Below are positions 17,307-26,012 of a stretch of DNA of 64,000 bases, piece after piece (position 1 is the first letter of the stretch; each line of letters opens with the position of its first letter). Source of the stretch: Gemmatimonadales bacterium (GTDB lineage: Bacteria > Gemmatimonadota > Gemmatimonadetes > Gemmatimonadales > GWC2-71-9); contig DASSGV010000029.1 in the NCBI GenBank assembly GCA_035693225.1, forward strand, positions 1,284 through 65,283, in the 5' to 3' direction. The notes below the pieces were generated by a model. It was given only the letters and a program-made list of their open reading frames with translations, did not search any database and was not told the DNA's origin. The position numbers were made by a program, and so were the translations under genes.

Positions 17307-18086
17307 ATGATTTACGTGTGTGTGCCGTGCCACAATGAAGCCGAGACGGTGGGCCTCCTCCTCTGGAAGGTCCGCCAGGTCTTCAGCGACTTCCCCCGGG
17401 AGTATCAGCTCCTGGTGGGCGATGATGCCTCGACCGACCAGACCGCCGAGGTCCTCGGCCCGTACGCCAAGGTGCTGCCCCTCACCGTCGTGCGGCACCG
17501 CGCCCGCCAGGGCCAGGCCAAGACCGTGGCCGAGCTGCTCCGGATGGCCACCGAGCGGTCTGACCGTCCCAAGCGCGATTACGCGGTGATCCTCCACGCC
17601 GACTTCACCCACGGACCCGCCATCCTCCCCGACATCGTCAAGCGCCTCGACAGCGGCGCCGACCTGGTGGTCGCCGAAGGACGCCTGGCGGCTGCCGGTG
17701 AGCCGTCACGAAGCTACCGGCTGTTGCGGCACTGGGGACGGCTCCTCGTGCCGCGCGCCGCCCGGGTGCCCGGCGTCCGCGATGCGATCTCCGGCTGCGT
17801 CGCCTTCCGGCTCATCGCCCTGAAGAGTGCGATGCGGAGCTGGCCCGATCCGCTGCTCAAGTCGGATGGGTGGGCGGCCAACGCGGAGCTCATCGCCAAG
17901 GTGGCGCGTCACGCCAGGCGGGTGGACACCGTGGCCGCCGTCGAACGCCACGACCTGCGCCAGCGCTCCTCGCGGCTCGACCCGTGGACCGAGGCACGTG
18001 CCATCTGGCGCCAGCGGCCGCTGCTGCGCGACCTCCCTCCCCTCGATCGACGCGGTCCCCGGCTCGCGGAGGAGGCGTCGGCATGA
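17307..18086 (+). CDS. Family-2 glycosyltransferase (polyprenyl-phosphate sugar transferase-like)
   Basis: YVCVPCHNEAETV...LLVGDDASTDQT is a typical GT2 N-terminus. Confidence 0.8.
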   Translation: MIYVCVPCHNEAETVGLLLWKVRQVFSDFPREYQLLVGDDASTDQTAEVLGPYAKVLPLTVVRHRARQGQAKTVAELLRMATERSDRPKRDYAVILHADFTHGPAILPDIVKRLDSGADLVVAEGRLAAAGEPSRSYRLLRHWGRLLVPRAARVPGVRDAISGCVAFRLIALKSAMRSWPDPLLKSDGWAANAELIAKVARHARRVDTVAAVERHDLRQRSSRLDPWTEARAIWRQRPLLRDLPPLDRRGPRLAEEASA

Positions 18087-18850
18087 TCCTGCTCGCCATC
18101 CTGGCCGCGGTGCAGGCCACGGCACCTGCGGCCGCCGCACCCGCCGACACCGCCGACCGCACCCTCGCCAGCTATTCCTTCCAGGTCGGTGAGGAGTATC
18201 GCTACACCGCCCGGCTTGGCGTCCTCACCGTCGGCGAGGCGTCGATGTCCATCCCCGCGATCGACACCGTGCACGGCGCGGCGACGTTCGTGTTCCGGTT
18301 CACGCTCAACGGGCGGGCCCTCTTCTTCACCATTGACGACACCCTGACATCGTGGACCGGCATCAAGGATTTCAAGAGCCGCCGGTTCCTGCAGAAGAAC
18401 AACGAGGACGGATCGCTGTGGCTGCGCGACCGGACCATCCTGGCCGACTCGGGGTACTACCGCACCCTGGGAGACTCCGGCAAGAGCCCCACGCCGGACG
18501 TCCCGCTCGACGATGCGGCGTTCTTCTACTTCGTGCGGACCATCCCGCTCGAGGTCGGAAAGACCTACTCGTTCGACCGCTATTTCATGAAGGACAAGAA
18601 TCCGATCATCGTGCAGGTGCTCAAGCGCGATGGCTGCGACCTCCCGGATGGCCGCCACGTGCAGTGCCTCGTGCTGGCCCCGGTGGTCAAGACCAAGGGG
18701 ATGTTCTCCGAACGGGCGCAGGCGCGGGTATACCTGACCGACGATGCCCTGCGGATCCCGGTCGAGATCCGCTCCCGGTTCCCGTTCGGCGTCATCGACC
18801 TCAAGCTGCGCGCCATGAAGATCCCGGCCACCGACCTGACGGCGAACTGA
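18083..18850 (+). CDS. DUF3108-like secreted protein
   Basis: Signal peptide; YRYTARLGVLTVGEASM...FRF..NGRALFF pattern. ATGA overlap with the GT2 stop. Confidence 0.6.
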   Translation: MILLAILAAVQATAPAAAAPADTADRTLASYSFQVGEEYRYTARLGVLTVGEASMSIPAIDTVHGAATFVFRFTLNGRALFFTIDDTLTSWTGIKDFKSRRFLQKNNEDGSLWLRDRTILADSGYYRTLGDSGKSPTPDVPLDDAAFFYFVRTIPLEVGKTYSFDRYFMKDKNPIIVQVLKRDGCDLPDGRHVQCLVLAPVVKTKGMFSERAQARVYLTDDALRIPVEIRSRFPFGVIDLKLRAMKIPATDLTAN

Positions 18851-18852
18851 CC

Positions 18853-19806
18853 GTGGCATACCGCGAGGCCGATCTCTCGAAATTGCGCACCGTCCCGGTG
18901 GCCGGTCGCCGCAACAAGGTCGACGGCGCGCTGCTGGCGCACCCTCCCGGCACCGATCGCTCCTTCCACGCATTTCTCGATAGCCTGCCCGACATCCTCG
19001 CCGCCCGGGACCTGCGGATGGTCGTATCCCGCGTGGCCAGCGCCACCCGCGCCAAGCGGGGCGTGGTACTCCTCCTTGGCGGCCACGTGATCAAGGTCGG
19101 GATCGGCCCGCTCATCAGGGCGTGGCTCGATGCAGGTATCGTGACCCACATCGCGATGAACGGCGCCGCCGCCATCCACGACTTCGAGCTGGCGGCGTTC
19201 GGTGGCACCAGCGAGGATGTCGAAGCCGGGCTCGGCGACGGGACCTTCGGCATGTCGGAAGAGACCGGCGCGGAGATGAACGCCGCCATCGCCTCGGCCG
19301 CCGGTCGGGGTCACGGCCTCGGTGAGGGTTTGGCCGATGCGCTCGCCGCGCGCAGCACCCTCCCCGGCCGAGACGTCTCGATCTTCGTCGGGTGCCGGCA
19401 ACACGGGGTGCCCGTCACCGTCCACGCGGCGATCGGCGCCGAGATCATCCACCAGCACCCCACCAGCGACGGCGCCGCACTGGGTGCCACCAGCCACCGG
19501 GACTTCCGGCGGCTGGCGGGCTCACTTCCGGATCTCGATGGTGGCGGGGTGGTGCTCAACTGGGGCAGCGCGGTGGTGATGCCCGAGGTCTTCCTCAAGG
19601 CGCTCACCATTGCGCGGAACTTGGGCGGCGGACGGCCACGGGATTTCCTGGCTGCCGACTTCGACATGCAGCGACACTACCGACCGCGGGTCAACGTCGT
19701 CCAGCGCCCCACCAAGGCCGGCGGCATCGGCATCCAGTTGACCGGACACCACGAACTGCTGCTGCCGATGCTCGTCTGGGGGGTGCTGGAGGAGCTTGGA
19801 GGTTAG
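18853..19806 (+). CDS. Deoxyhypusine-synthase-like (DHS-like NAD-binding fold) protein
   Basis: VLLLGGHVIKVGIGPLIRAWLDAGIVTHIAMNGAAAIHDFELAAFGG parallels the archaeal DHS core by eye; GTG start 2 nt after the upstream stop. Confidence 0.5.
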   Translation: MAYREADLSKLRTVPVAGRRNKVDGALLAHPPGTDRSFHAFLDSLPDILAARDLRMVVSRVASATRAKRGVVLLLGGHVIKVGIGPLIRAWLDAGIVTHIAMNGAAAIHDFELAAFGGTSEDVEAGLGDGTFGMSEETGAEMNAAIASAAGRGHGLGEGLADALAARSTLPGRDVSIFVGCRQHGVPVTVHAAIGAEIIHQHPTSDGAALGATSHRDFRRLAGSLPDLDGGGVVLNWGSAVVMPEVFLKALTIARNLGGGRPRDFLAADFDMQRHYRPRVNVVQRPTKAGGIGIQLTGHHELLLPMLVWGVLEELGG

Positions 19807-19922
19807 AGCTTGGAGCTTGGAGCTTGGAGCGTAGAGCTTGGAGCTTGGAGCGAGGTACTTTGCACTCTCAGCATTTTGCTCTAAGCTCCAGACTCCAAGC
19901 TCCCGACTCCGAGCTCCCCTCT
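19806..19922. repeat. Inverted pair of heptamer arrays (GAGCTTG)n / (CAAGCTC)n filling a convergent gap
   Basis: About 7 left-arm units 19806-19853, a 25-nt centre, and about 6 complementary right-arm units 19879-19922, spanning stop codon to stop codon. Confidence 0.9.
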
Positions 19923-20131
19923 CAGCTCTTCCCCTTCATCGTGTCTGCGATCTTGTCCGCGGTGCCGGGACTGAGCACGCGGATCACGAGGTAGACGATG
20001 AAGCCGATCGCGGCGAGCCACAGCACCTTGAACAGCAGGCCGACGACGATGCCGAACAGGCCGAGCACGATCTGGAGCGCGAAGTACGCGACCACGGCAA
20101 GCACCGCGTAGCCAAGCAGCGAGCGGAACAT
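19922..20131 (-). CDS. Small two-TM membrane protein
   Basis: 69 aa from ATG 20131, preceded by GGAGG; two hydrophobic helices. Confidence 0.6.
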   Translation of the reverse strand: MFRSLLGYAVLAVVAYFALQIVLGLFGIVVGLLFKVLWLAAIGFIVYLVIRVLSPGTADKIADTMKGKS

Positions 20132-20203
20132 CGAAGTTCCTCCAAAGAAGACGGGTGCGCCCCAGTACGGGGAACGTTTCAAAAAGTTTCGTCAGGAATA
20201 TAA

Positions 20204-21310
20204 GTGCAAGATTCATTTGATGTTATCGTCATCGGATCGGGCGCCATCGGAGCGGCCTGCGGGAGGGAGCTTGCCCTCGCCGGCCGCCGCGTGCTCCTGC
20301 TCGACCGCACCCCGCGCGGCGGGGAGGCGTGGTCCGCGGCCGCCGGGATGCTGGCACCCCAGATCGAGGCGGGCCCGGACGACCCGATCTTCCAGCTCGG
20401 GATCGCGGCGCGGGAACGCTATGTCGACCTGGCGCCGGCGCTCCAGGAGAGTGTCGGGATCGACATCGGGCTGTGGCTGGACGGGATTGCCCGGGTGGCG
20501 GTGGCCGCTGAGGACGTGGCCGAGCTTCGGGCACGCGCAGCGTGGCAGCGCCAGCAGGGACACCTCTGCGATTGGTTCGATCCGGCCGAGGTGAAGGCAC
20601 GCTATCCGTGGATCGGGGCCAACCACGGCGCACTCTGGGCGCCGCGGGATGGGGCGCTCGATCCCTCGGCGCTGGTGAACGGGCTTCGGGCCGATGCCCA
20701 GCGGCTTGGCGCCACGGTGGATCTCGTCGAACAGGCGGCCCTCCTGCGTGATGGCGATCGGGTCGTGGGCGTCCAGGCGGGGCGGAAGTACTCCGCCGAG
20801 CATGTGGTCGTGGCGGCGGGGGCGTGGAGTGCCGAGATCGGTGGACTGCCGCGGCCGGTGTCGGTGGAGCCGGTCCGGGGACAGATGGCGGCACTTCCCT
20901 GGCCGGAGGGGATCGAACCGGCGATCGTCCACGGTGGCAACGGGTACGTCGTGGCCCGTGGTGGCGAGGCCATCATCGGTTCGACGATGGAGTTCGCCGG
21001 ATTCGACCCCAGCACCACGTCGGCGGGATTGGCGCGGATCTTTGCGGCGGCGTCGGCACTCTGTCCTTCACTCACCGGCCTTTCCGTCACACGCACCTGG
21101 GCGGGACTCCGACCGATGACCCCCGATGGGCGGCCGATCATCGGGGCCGAGCCCAGGGCGCGCGGGCTCTGGTACGCCACCGGTCACGGCCGGAACGGCA
21201 TCCTGCTGGCGGCAATGACCGGTGCCGTGGTGGCCAGCCTGATCGGCGAACAGTCAATCACGGTGGAGGGGTTGGCGGCCGTTTCGCCGGAGCGGTTCTG
21301 GCGCTGGTAG
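20204..21310 (+). CDS. thiO: FAD-dependent glycine oxidase-like oxidoreductase
   Basis: FDVIVIGSGAIGAACGRELA dinucleotide fold, AAGMLAP, and C-terminal GHGRNGILLA. Confidence 0.75.
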   Translation: MQDSFDVIVIGSGAIGAACGRELALAGRRVLLLDRTPRGGEAWSAAAGMLAPQIEAGPDDPIFQLGIAARERYVDLAPALQESVGIDIGLWLDGIARVAVAAEDVAELRARAAWQRQQGHLCDWFDPAEVKARYPWIGANHGALWAPRDGALDPSALVNGLRADAQRLGATVDLVEQAALLRDGDRVVGVQAGRKYSAEHVVVAAGAWSAEIGGLPRPVSVEPVRGQMAALPWPEGIEPAIVHGGNGYVVARGGEAIIGSTMEFAGFDPSTTSAGLARIFAAASALCPSLTGLSVTRTWAGLRPMTPDGRPIIGAEPRARGLWYATGHGRNGILLAAMTGAVVASLIGEQSITVEGLAAVSPERFWRW

Positions 21311-21354
21311 GTCCTAGTCCGTAGTTTCGGGCATCGTTTCGAACTGGAGAGCCG

Positions 21355-22686
21355 ATGCGTCCCCTCAGCGTCGTATTCGCGCTCACGTGGCTCGGAGTCG
21401 GGGCCGGATGCAGCAGCCCCGATGCGACGGGCCCGTCCGTGATAACCACCAGCGACTTCACACTGACGCCGTCGCAGCAATGGGCCGGCGGGTCGGTGGA
21501 GGTCCGCTCGGTCGCTTTCACCCACCTCGTCGACGGTCAGTACCGCATCCTGGCCGGAGCCGACACACTCACGGTCACCCGGCTCGACGACTCCACGGTG
21601 GCCGTGGCACCGCCGGACCGGGGCACCCGGACGGTGGGGTTCAGCATCGTCGGCGGGAACACCGCAGCCCTGCTCGGTAGTGTGCAGTTCGTCGGCTTCG
21701 CGGGTGTCAACGCACCCGATGCGCAATTCGGCGGTAACTACGAGGCGTGGCCCGCCGGGACCATCGGCGCGACGGGCGTCCTCGGTTGGGTCAATGACAG
21801 CGGCACCGGCTACAGCGGCACCGTCGCCACGCTCGACCTCCGCACCGGACACGTTACCACCTACTCCGGCCTCGGCTACCATGGATCGTACGGCCCGGCT
21901 CCCAGCTACCTGCCCGATGTGGTCACGACCTCGATCAGCACGTCCCCTGCCGCCGCAGTCCACCTGAGCGACACCCACGACACGCTGGTCAAGATCGCGA
22001 TTCCGGGATCGGCGCGGACCGACTACCTCATCAGTCCGTACGTCGAATTCCATACTTTGCCTCACTCGGCCTATGCGCGGACCAGCACCGATTCCGGCAC
22101 GACCTGGCAGACCGTGAAGGACACCGTCTATCTGAATTCGACCTGGCAGCTGGTGCTGTCCCCGACGAAGGGATCGGCCACCTTCATCAACGGCTGGTCG
22201 GATTCCGGCGGCGTCGTCCTCGACGCGAGCACGGGGCTCACCCGCTATCGATTGACCCGGATGCGTGAGGTCGATGCGGCGGCCTTTTCCCCCGACGGCA
22301 CCGTCCTCTATGTCGCGGGCAGTTCGACCGGCTCCGGGATCGCCCAGTCTCTGGAGGCCATCGATGCTGCCACCGGGGTCGCGCTTCACGTGGATACGCT
22401 CCTCGGCGGCACCGCCGTATCGGCGGTGATGGATCCCGCCGGGCCCCAGTTGTTCATCGCCGTCGATCGACCTGACGGGACGCTCGCCCTCAACGTCTAC
22501 GACGCGAGCACCCTGCAGCGGACCGCGACCCTCCACTCGACCGCCACCGGGTACGACCTCACGCGATTCATCCAGTCCGGCGCATCGATGGCCGACCGGG
22601 CAGTCTATGTGGCGCGCTCCGGGGGAATGATCGCCCGCTTCGACGTGCTGCCCGGGTCCGGGACCCTGGCGCCCGGCTACCGCTGA
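21355..22686 (+). CDS. Lipoprotein with beta-propeller (YncE/YVTN-like) repeats
   Basis: Lipobox LGVGAGC; repeated LYVAGS / LFIAVD-type blades. Confidence 0.65.
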   Translation: MRPLSVVFALTWLGVGAGCSSPDATGPSVITTSDFTLTPSQQWAGGSVEVRSVAFTHLVDGQYRILAGADTLTVTRLDDSTVAVAPPDRGTRTVGFSIVGGNTAALLGSVQFVGFAGVNAPDAQFGGNYEAWPAGTIGATGVLGWVNDSGTGYSGTVATLDLRTGHVTTYSGLGYHGSYGPAPSYLPDVVTTSISTSPAAAVHLSDTHDTLVKIAIPGSARTDYLISPYVEFHTLPHSAYARTSTDSGTTWQTVKDTVYLNSTWQLVLSPTKGSATFINGWSDSGGVVLDASTGLTRYRLTRMREVDAAAFSPDGTVLYVAGSSTGSGIAQSLEAIDAATGVALHVDTLLGGTAVSAVMDPAGPQLFIAVDRPDGTLALNVYDASTLQRTATLHSTATGYDLTRFIQSGASMADRAVYVARSGGMIARFDVLPGSGTLAPGYR

Positions 22687-22845
22687 CATCCGGCCACGCC
22701 CGGCCGGCGTAACCGGGAGGTGACGACCACTTTCCCTTCTCGCCCCCGGCGCATTATGATGGTGGGAGCCACTCCGGCCTCTGCCACCACACCGGCGCGA
22801 CCGAGCCGGCCCCGGGCAGTCAGCCCCATCCCCCAACGAATCTCA

Positions 22846-23451
22846 ATGACCAATCCGGCCCCGAGCCCCCCTTCGACGGTCGATGACCAGGCGCTGATCG
22901 AGCGCGTGGCGTCCGGTGACGAGCAGGCCCTGGGCCCGCTCTACGACCGGTTCGCGTCGGTCCTGCACGCCGCCGCGTGGCGCATCACCGGCGAGACGGC
23001 CGACGCGGAAGAGGTGCTCATCGACGCCTTCGCCCAGGCGTGGCGCGATGCCTCCCGCTACGATGCCCAGCGCGGGTCGGTCGGCGCCTGGCTGATGACC
23101 ATCACCCGCACCCGCGCCCTCGACCTGATCCGCTCCCGCGGACGCCGGGACCGGGCCGTGGCCGCCGCCGGTAACGAACCCGAAGCGGCCGGAGTCAGCG
23201 CCGGCACCTGGCGGTACGCCACCTCCCGCAGCGCCGAACAGAGCGAACGGCGCCGCCTCATTTCCATCGCACTCCAGGGGCTGTCGGCCGCGCAACGCCA
23301 GGCCATCGAACTCGCCTACTACGAAGGGCTCTCCCATTCGGAGATCGCCGAAAAACTGGGAGAACCGCTGGGCACTGTGAAGACCAGGGTCCGACTCGGG
23401 CTCCAGAAGCTGCGCGAAGCACTGCGCCCCTTCTACGGGACGGCAGCATGA
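22846..23451 (+). CDS. ECF-type RNA polymerase sigma-70 factor
   Basis: Region 2 (LYDRF...AAWRITG) and region 4 (LSAAQRQAIELAYYEGLSHSEIAEKLGEPLGTVKTR); start at ATG 22846. Confidence 0.9.
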   Translation: MTNPAPSPPSTVDDQALIERVASGDEQALGPLYDRFASVLHAAAWRITGETADAEEVLIDAFAQAWRDASRYDAQRGSVGAWLMTITRTRALDLIRSRGRRDRAVAAAGNEPEAAGVSAGTWRYATSRSAEQSERRRLISIALQGLSAAQRQAIELAYYEGLSHSEIAEKLGEPLGTVKTRVRLGLQKLREALRPFYGTAA

Positions 23452-24359
23452 ACGACCGCGAATCGCTCCAGGACCTGGCCGCCGACTACGCCCTCGGCCT
23501 CCTCAGCCCCGAGGAGACCACCGCGTTCGACCTCGAGTTGAGCCGCTCACCGGGACTCCAGCTCATCGTCCGGGAATGCCGCGAAGCACTGGCCGTCCTC
23601 CCCGGCGGGATCCAGTCACCCGCCCCCGCCAGCGACCTTCGCGACCGCGTCATTGCCCGCGCGCCACATATGCCGGCGCCGCCCGACGTTGCAGCGGAGA
23701 GCGCCGTGCCGGAAGCAGACGAGCTTCCGAATGAGCAAGGTCACCCGGCGCAACTCGACGCGGAATTGGCGGATGAGGGACACATCGTGCCGATCACCCG
23801 CGATATGCCGGTCGCGCATGCTCCGCGGCGGAGCGGCGGGTCGGGAGCGCTCTGGGTGGCACTTGCCGCAAGCATCGTGGCGGCCGTGGGGCTGGGCGTC
23901 CTCTGGCGCACCGCGCTCCAGGCCGGCCAGGCGTCGCTGGCCCGTGAGACGGCGCTCGGCGTATCGGTCGACTCGGTCTCGAAGTTGCTGGCCGCACGCG
24001 ACGCGACCTTGCAGGAGATCCTGGCCCCGGGGATCGAGCTCCATCTCCTCAAGTCGACCGGCGCGCCGGAACCGGGGATCGAATTCTTCTGGAACAAGAA
24101 GGCCCACTCGGCGCTGCTGTACGCCTTCAACCTTCCGGCTTCGGCCAAGGGCCGGACCTACCAGCTCTGGATGATCCAGGGGGATAAGCAGATCCCCTCG
24201 ATCACCTTCGATGCCGGGAGCGACGGGCGCGTGCTGGTGCCCAAGGTCGCGATGCCGGCCGACACCCCGTTCGACGCGCTGGCCGTCACCGACGAACCCA
24301 CCGGCGGCTCGCCCAAGCCGACCACGCCAGTACTCCTCGTGGCATCGTTCAGCTCCTAG
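23448..24359 (+). CDS. Anti-sigma factor (RskA / anti-sigma-K-like)
   Basis: N-terminal zf-HC2-like ADYALGLLSPEE, one TM, and a C-terminal YQLWMI...ALAVTDEPTGGS domain; ATGA-type overlap with the sigma gene. Confidence 0.85.
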   Translation: MNDRESLQDLAADYALGLLSPEETTAFDLELSRSPGLQLIVRECREALAVLPGGIQSPAPASDLRDRVIARAPHMPAPPDVAAESAVPEADELPNEQGHPAQLDAELADEGHIVPITRDMPVAHAPRRSGGSGALWVALAASIVAAVGLGVLWRTALQAGQASLARETALGVSVDSVSKLLAARDATLQEILAPGIELHLLKSTGAPEPGIEFFWNKKAHSALLYAFNLPASAKGRTYQLWMIQGDKQIPSITFDAGSDGRVLVPKVAMPADTPFDALAVTDEPTGGSPKPTTPVLLVASFSS

Positions 24360-24386
24360 GCGACCACCCACCGGACCGATGTCGAA

Positions 24387-24415
24387 GAGCCCCCGGCGAA
24401 ATCCGCCGGGGGCTC
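24387..24415. terminator. Bidirectional hairpin terminator
   Basis: 12-bp stem GAGCCCCCGGCG / CGCCGGGGGCTC with a 5-nt loop, between convergent genes. Confidence 0.65.
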
Positions 24416-24440
24416 CTCAACATTCGGACCTCCCGGCAGC

Positions 24441-24845
24441 CTACCGGGCGAAGCCGACGTAGACCGGCGCGCCTACCTCGGCCGAACGTTCCGCCGCCGC
24501 GGTAAGAATGGCGGCCTGTCGATCCGGGCCGGCACCGGCAGGGACCGCGAAGCCGACCGCCTTGCTCCCCTGGGCGCAGGTGACCCGAATATCCATCGGA
24601 GTGTAGATCCCGAAGGTGATGACCCCGACCAGAAGGTTCACGAAGCTCAGCTGGGTCTGGACCTTTGCCACCCCGGACGCGCACTTCGACGCCACATCGA
24701 CCGTGCTGGGCGGGACCAGACCGTCGATCCAGGATGAGGCGAACGTCTTCTCCACCGTGACCGTCGACGGCGTGGCGCCGGTCTCGACGGTGGCGTGGTA
24801 GCACGCCGGCAGGAGCACTGATGCGATGAGGACCATTCGAGCCAT
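24441..24845 (-). CDS. Bor/Iss-family-like outer-membrane lipoprotein with C-terminal extension
   Basis: Lipobox LLPAC; VDVASKCASGVAKVQTQLSFVNLLVGVITFGIYTPMDIRVTC matches the Bor core by eye. Only the last 134 aa of ORF 24441..26213 are used. Confidence 0.65.
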   Translation of the reverse strand: MARMVLIASVLLPACYHATVETGATPSTVTVEKTFASSWIDGLVPPSTVDVASKCASGVAKVQTQLSFVNLLVGVITFGIYTPMDIRVTCAQGSKAVGFAVPAGAGPDRQAAILTAAAERSAEVGAPVYVGFAR

Positions 24846-24951
24846 CGGGCGCAAGGGAACCTCCAAGGGGGAGAGGACAACAGACCGGCAACGGCTTGGA
24901 CAACTTGTGGCTCGCAATCCGGGCGCGCAAGCAACACCCCGATGTCGATAC

Positions 24952-24975
24952 ATTATCAACTGTTTGGTTGATAAT
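24952..24975. promoter_or_regulatory. Perfect 9-bp inverted repeat ATTATCAAC-N6-GTTGATAAT (operator / divergent promoter core)
   Basis: Read directly; AT-rich island in the GC-rich divergent intergenic region between the Bor-like gene and lipA. Confidence 0.6.
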
Positions 24976-25037
24976 ATCGCTTCTCCCCCTCCCCTGCCTC
25001 GGCCTCCTCTCTTACCTTCATCTGCGCCGTATCCTGG

Positions 25038-26012
25038 ATGCCTGGAGGATCGATGGCCGTACCCGCGCTGGTCCAGTTGAGCCGCCGCACCGGTAGCGAC
25101 GTCCCGGAAGGGGCGCCGAGGCTGCCGACGCCCCCGGCGTTGGAGCGCAAACCGGGTTGGCTCAAGGTCCAGGCTCCGGGAGGACCCAGCTATCTGGGCG
25201 TGAAACGGATGATGCGGGAGCTCGGCCTGCACACCGTGTGCGAAGAGGCTCGCTGCCCCAACATCGGGGAGTGCTGGGAGCACCGGGCTGCCACTTTCAT
25301 GATCCTCGGTGACGTATGCACCCGCAACTGTGCCTACTGCGCCGTCTCCCACGGCACGCCCAAGGCATTCGATCCGCTGGAGCCGGTGCGCCTGGCCGAG
25401 GCGGTGGCGCAGCTGGGCCTGGCACATGTCGTGATCACGTCGGTCGACCGGGACGACCTCGAGAATGGCGGTGCCGAGGCCTTTGCAGGGTGCATCACCG
25501 AGATCAAGCGACGGCTTCCGGACACGTCGGTCGAAGTGCTGATCCCCGACTTCAAGGGTTCGGAGCGGGCGCTCCAGATCGTGATGGATGCGGCACCCGA
25601 CATCCTGAACCACAATCTCGAGACCGCCGAGCGGCTGTATCGATTGGCGCGCCCCGGCGGTCGCTATGATCGGGCGCTCACGCTGCTGGCGAATGCCCGC
25701 CGGATGGGCGGTCCCGGGGCGCTTACCAAATCCGGGATCATCCTCGGGATGGGCGAGGAGTGGGACGAGGTCATTCGCTGCCTCCAGGACCTTCGCCGGA
25801 GCGATGTCGACATCGTGACCCTGGGCCAGTACCTCCGGCCCAGTGCAGCGCACCTGCCGGTCGTGCGGTACTACACTCCGGATGAATTCGCGGAGCTGGC
25901 ACAGATCGGCCGCAGACTTGGATTCAAGCACGTGCAGGCAAGCCCCCTCACCCGCTCCTCGTATCACGCCTGGGAGCAGGTGGAACTGGCCCGGACCCCC
26001 GTGGAGACCTGA
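25038..26012 (+). CDS. lipA: Lipoyl synthase
   Basis: CEEARCPNIGECW and CTRNCAYCAV radical-SAM cluster motifs. Confidence 0.95.
   Translation: MPGGSMAVPALVQLSRRTGSDVPEGAPRLPTPPALERKPGWLKVQAPGGPSYLGVKRMMRELGLHTVCEEARCPNIGECWEHRAATFMILGDVCTRNCAYCAVSHGTPKAFDPLEPVRLAEAVAQLGLAHVVITSVDRDDLENGGAEAFAGCITEIKRRLPDTSVEVLIPDFKGSERALQIVMDAAPDILNHNLETAERLYRLARPGGRYDRALTLLANARRMGGPGALTKSGIILGMGEEWDEVIRCLQDLRRSDVDIVTLGQYLRPSAAHLPVVRYYTPDEFAELAQIGRRLGFKHVQASPLTRSSYHAWEQVELARTPVET

Noticed and set aside
20132-20203. TPP (THI-box) riboswitch upstream of the thiO-like gene
   Set aside because: Only about 70 nt is available, and it is shared with a divergent gene. I could not find the conserved CUGAGA and ACCUGAUCUGGAUAAUGCCAGCG elements.
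22687-22845. Autoregulated ECF promoter (GGAAC-N16-CGT type) upstream of the sigma gene
   Set aside because: Only a weak GTAACC ... CGAC match is present, with uncertain spacing. That is not enough to call.
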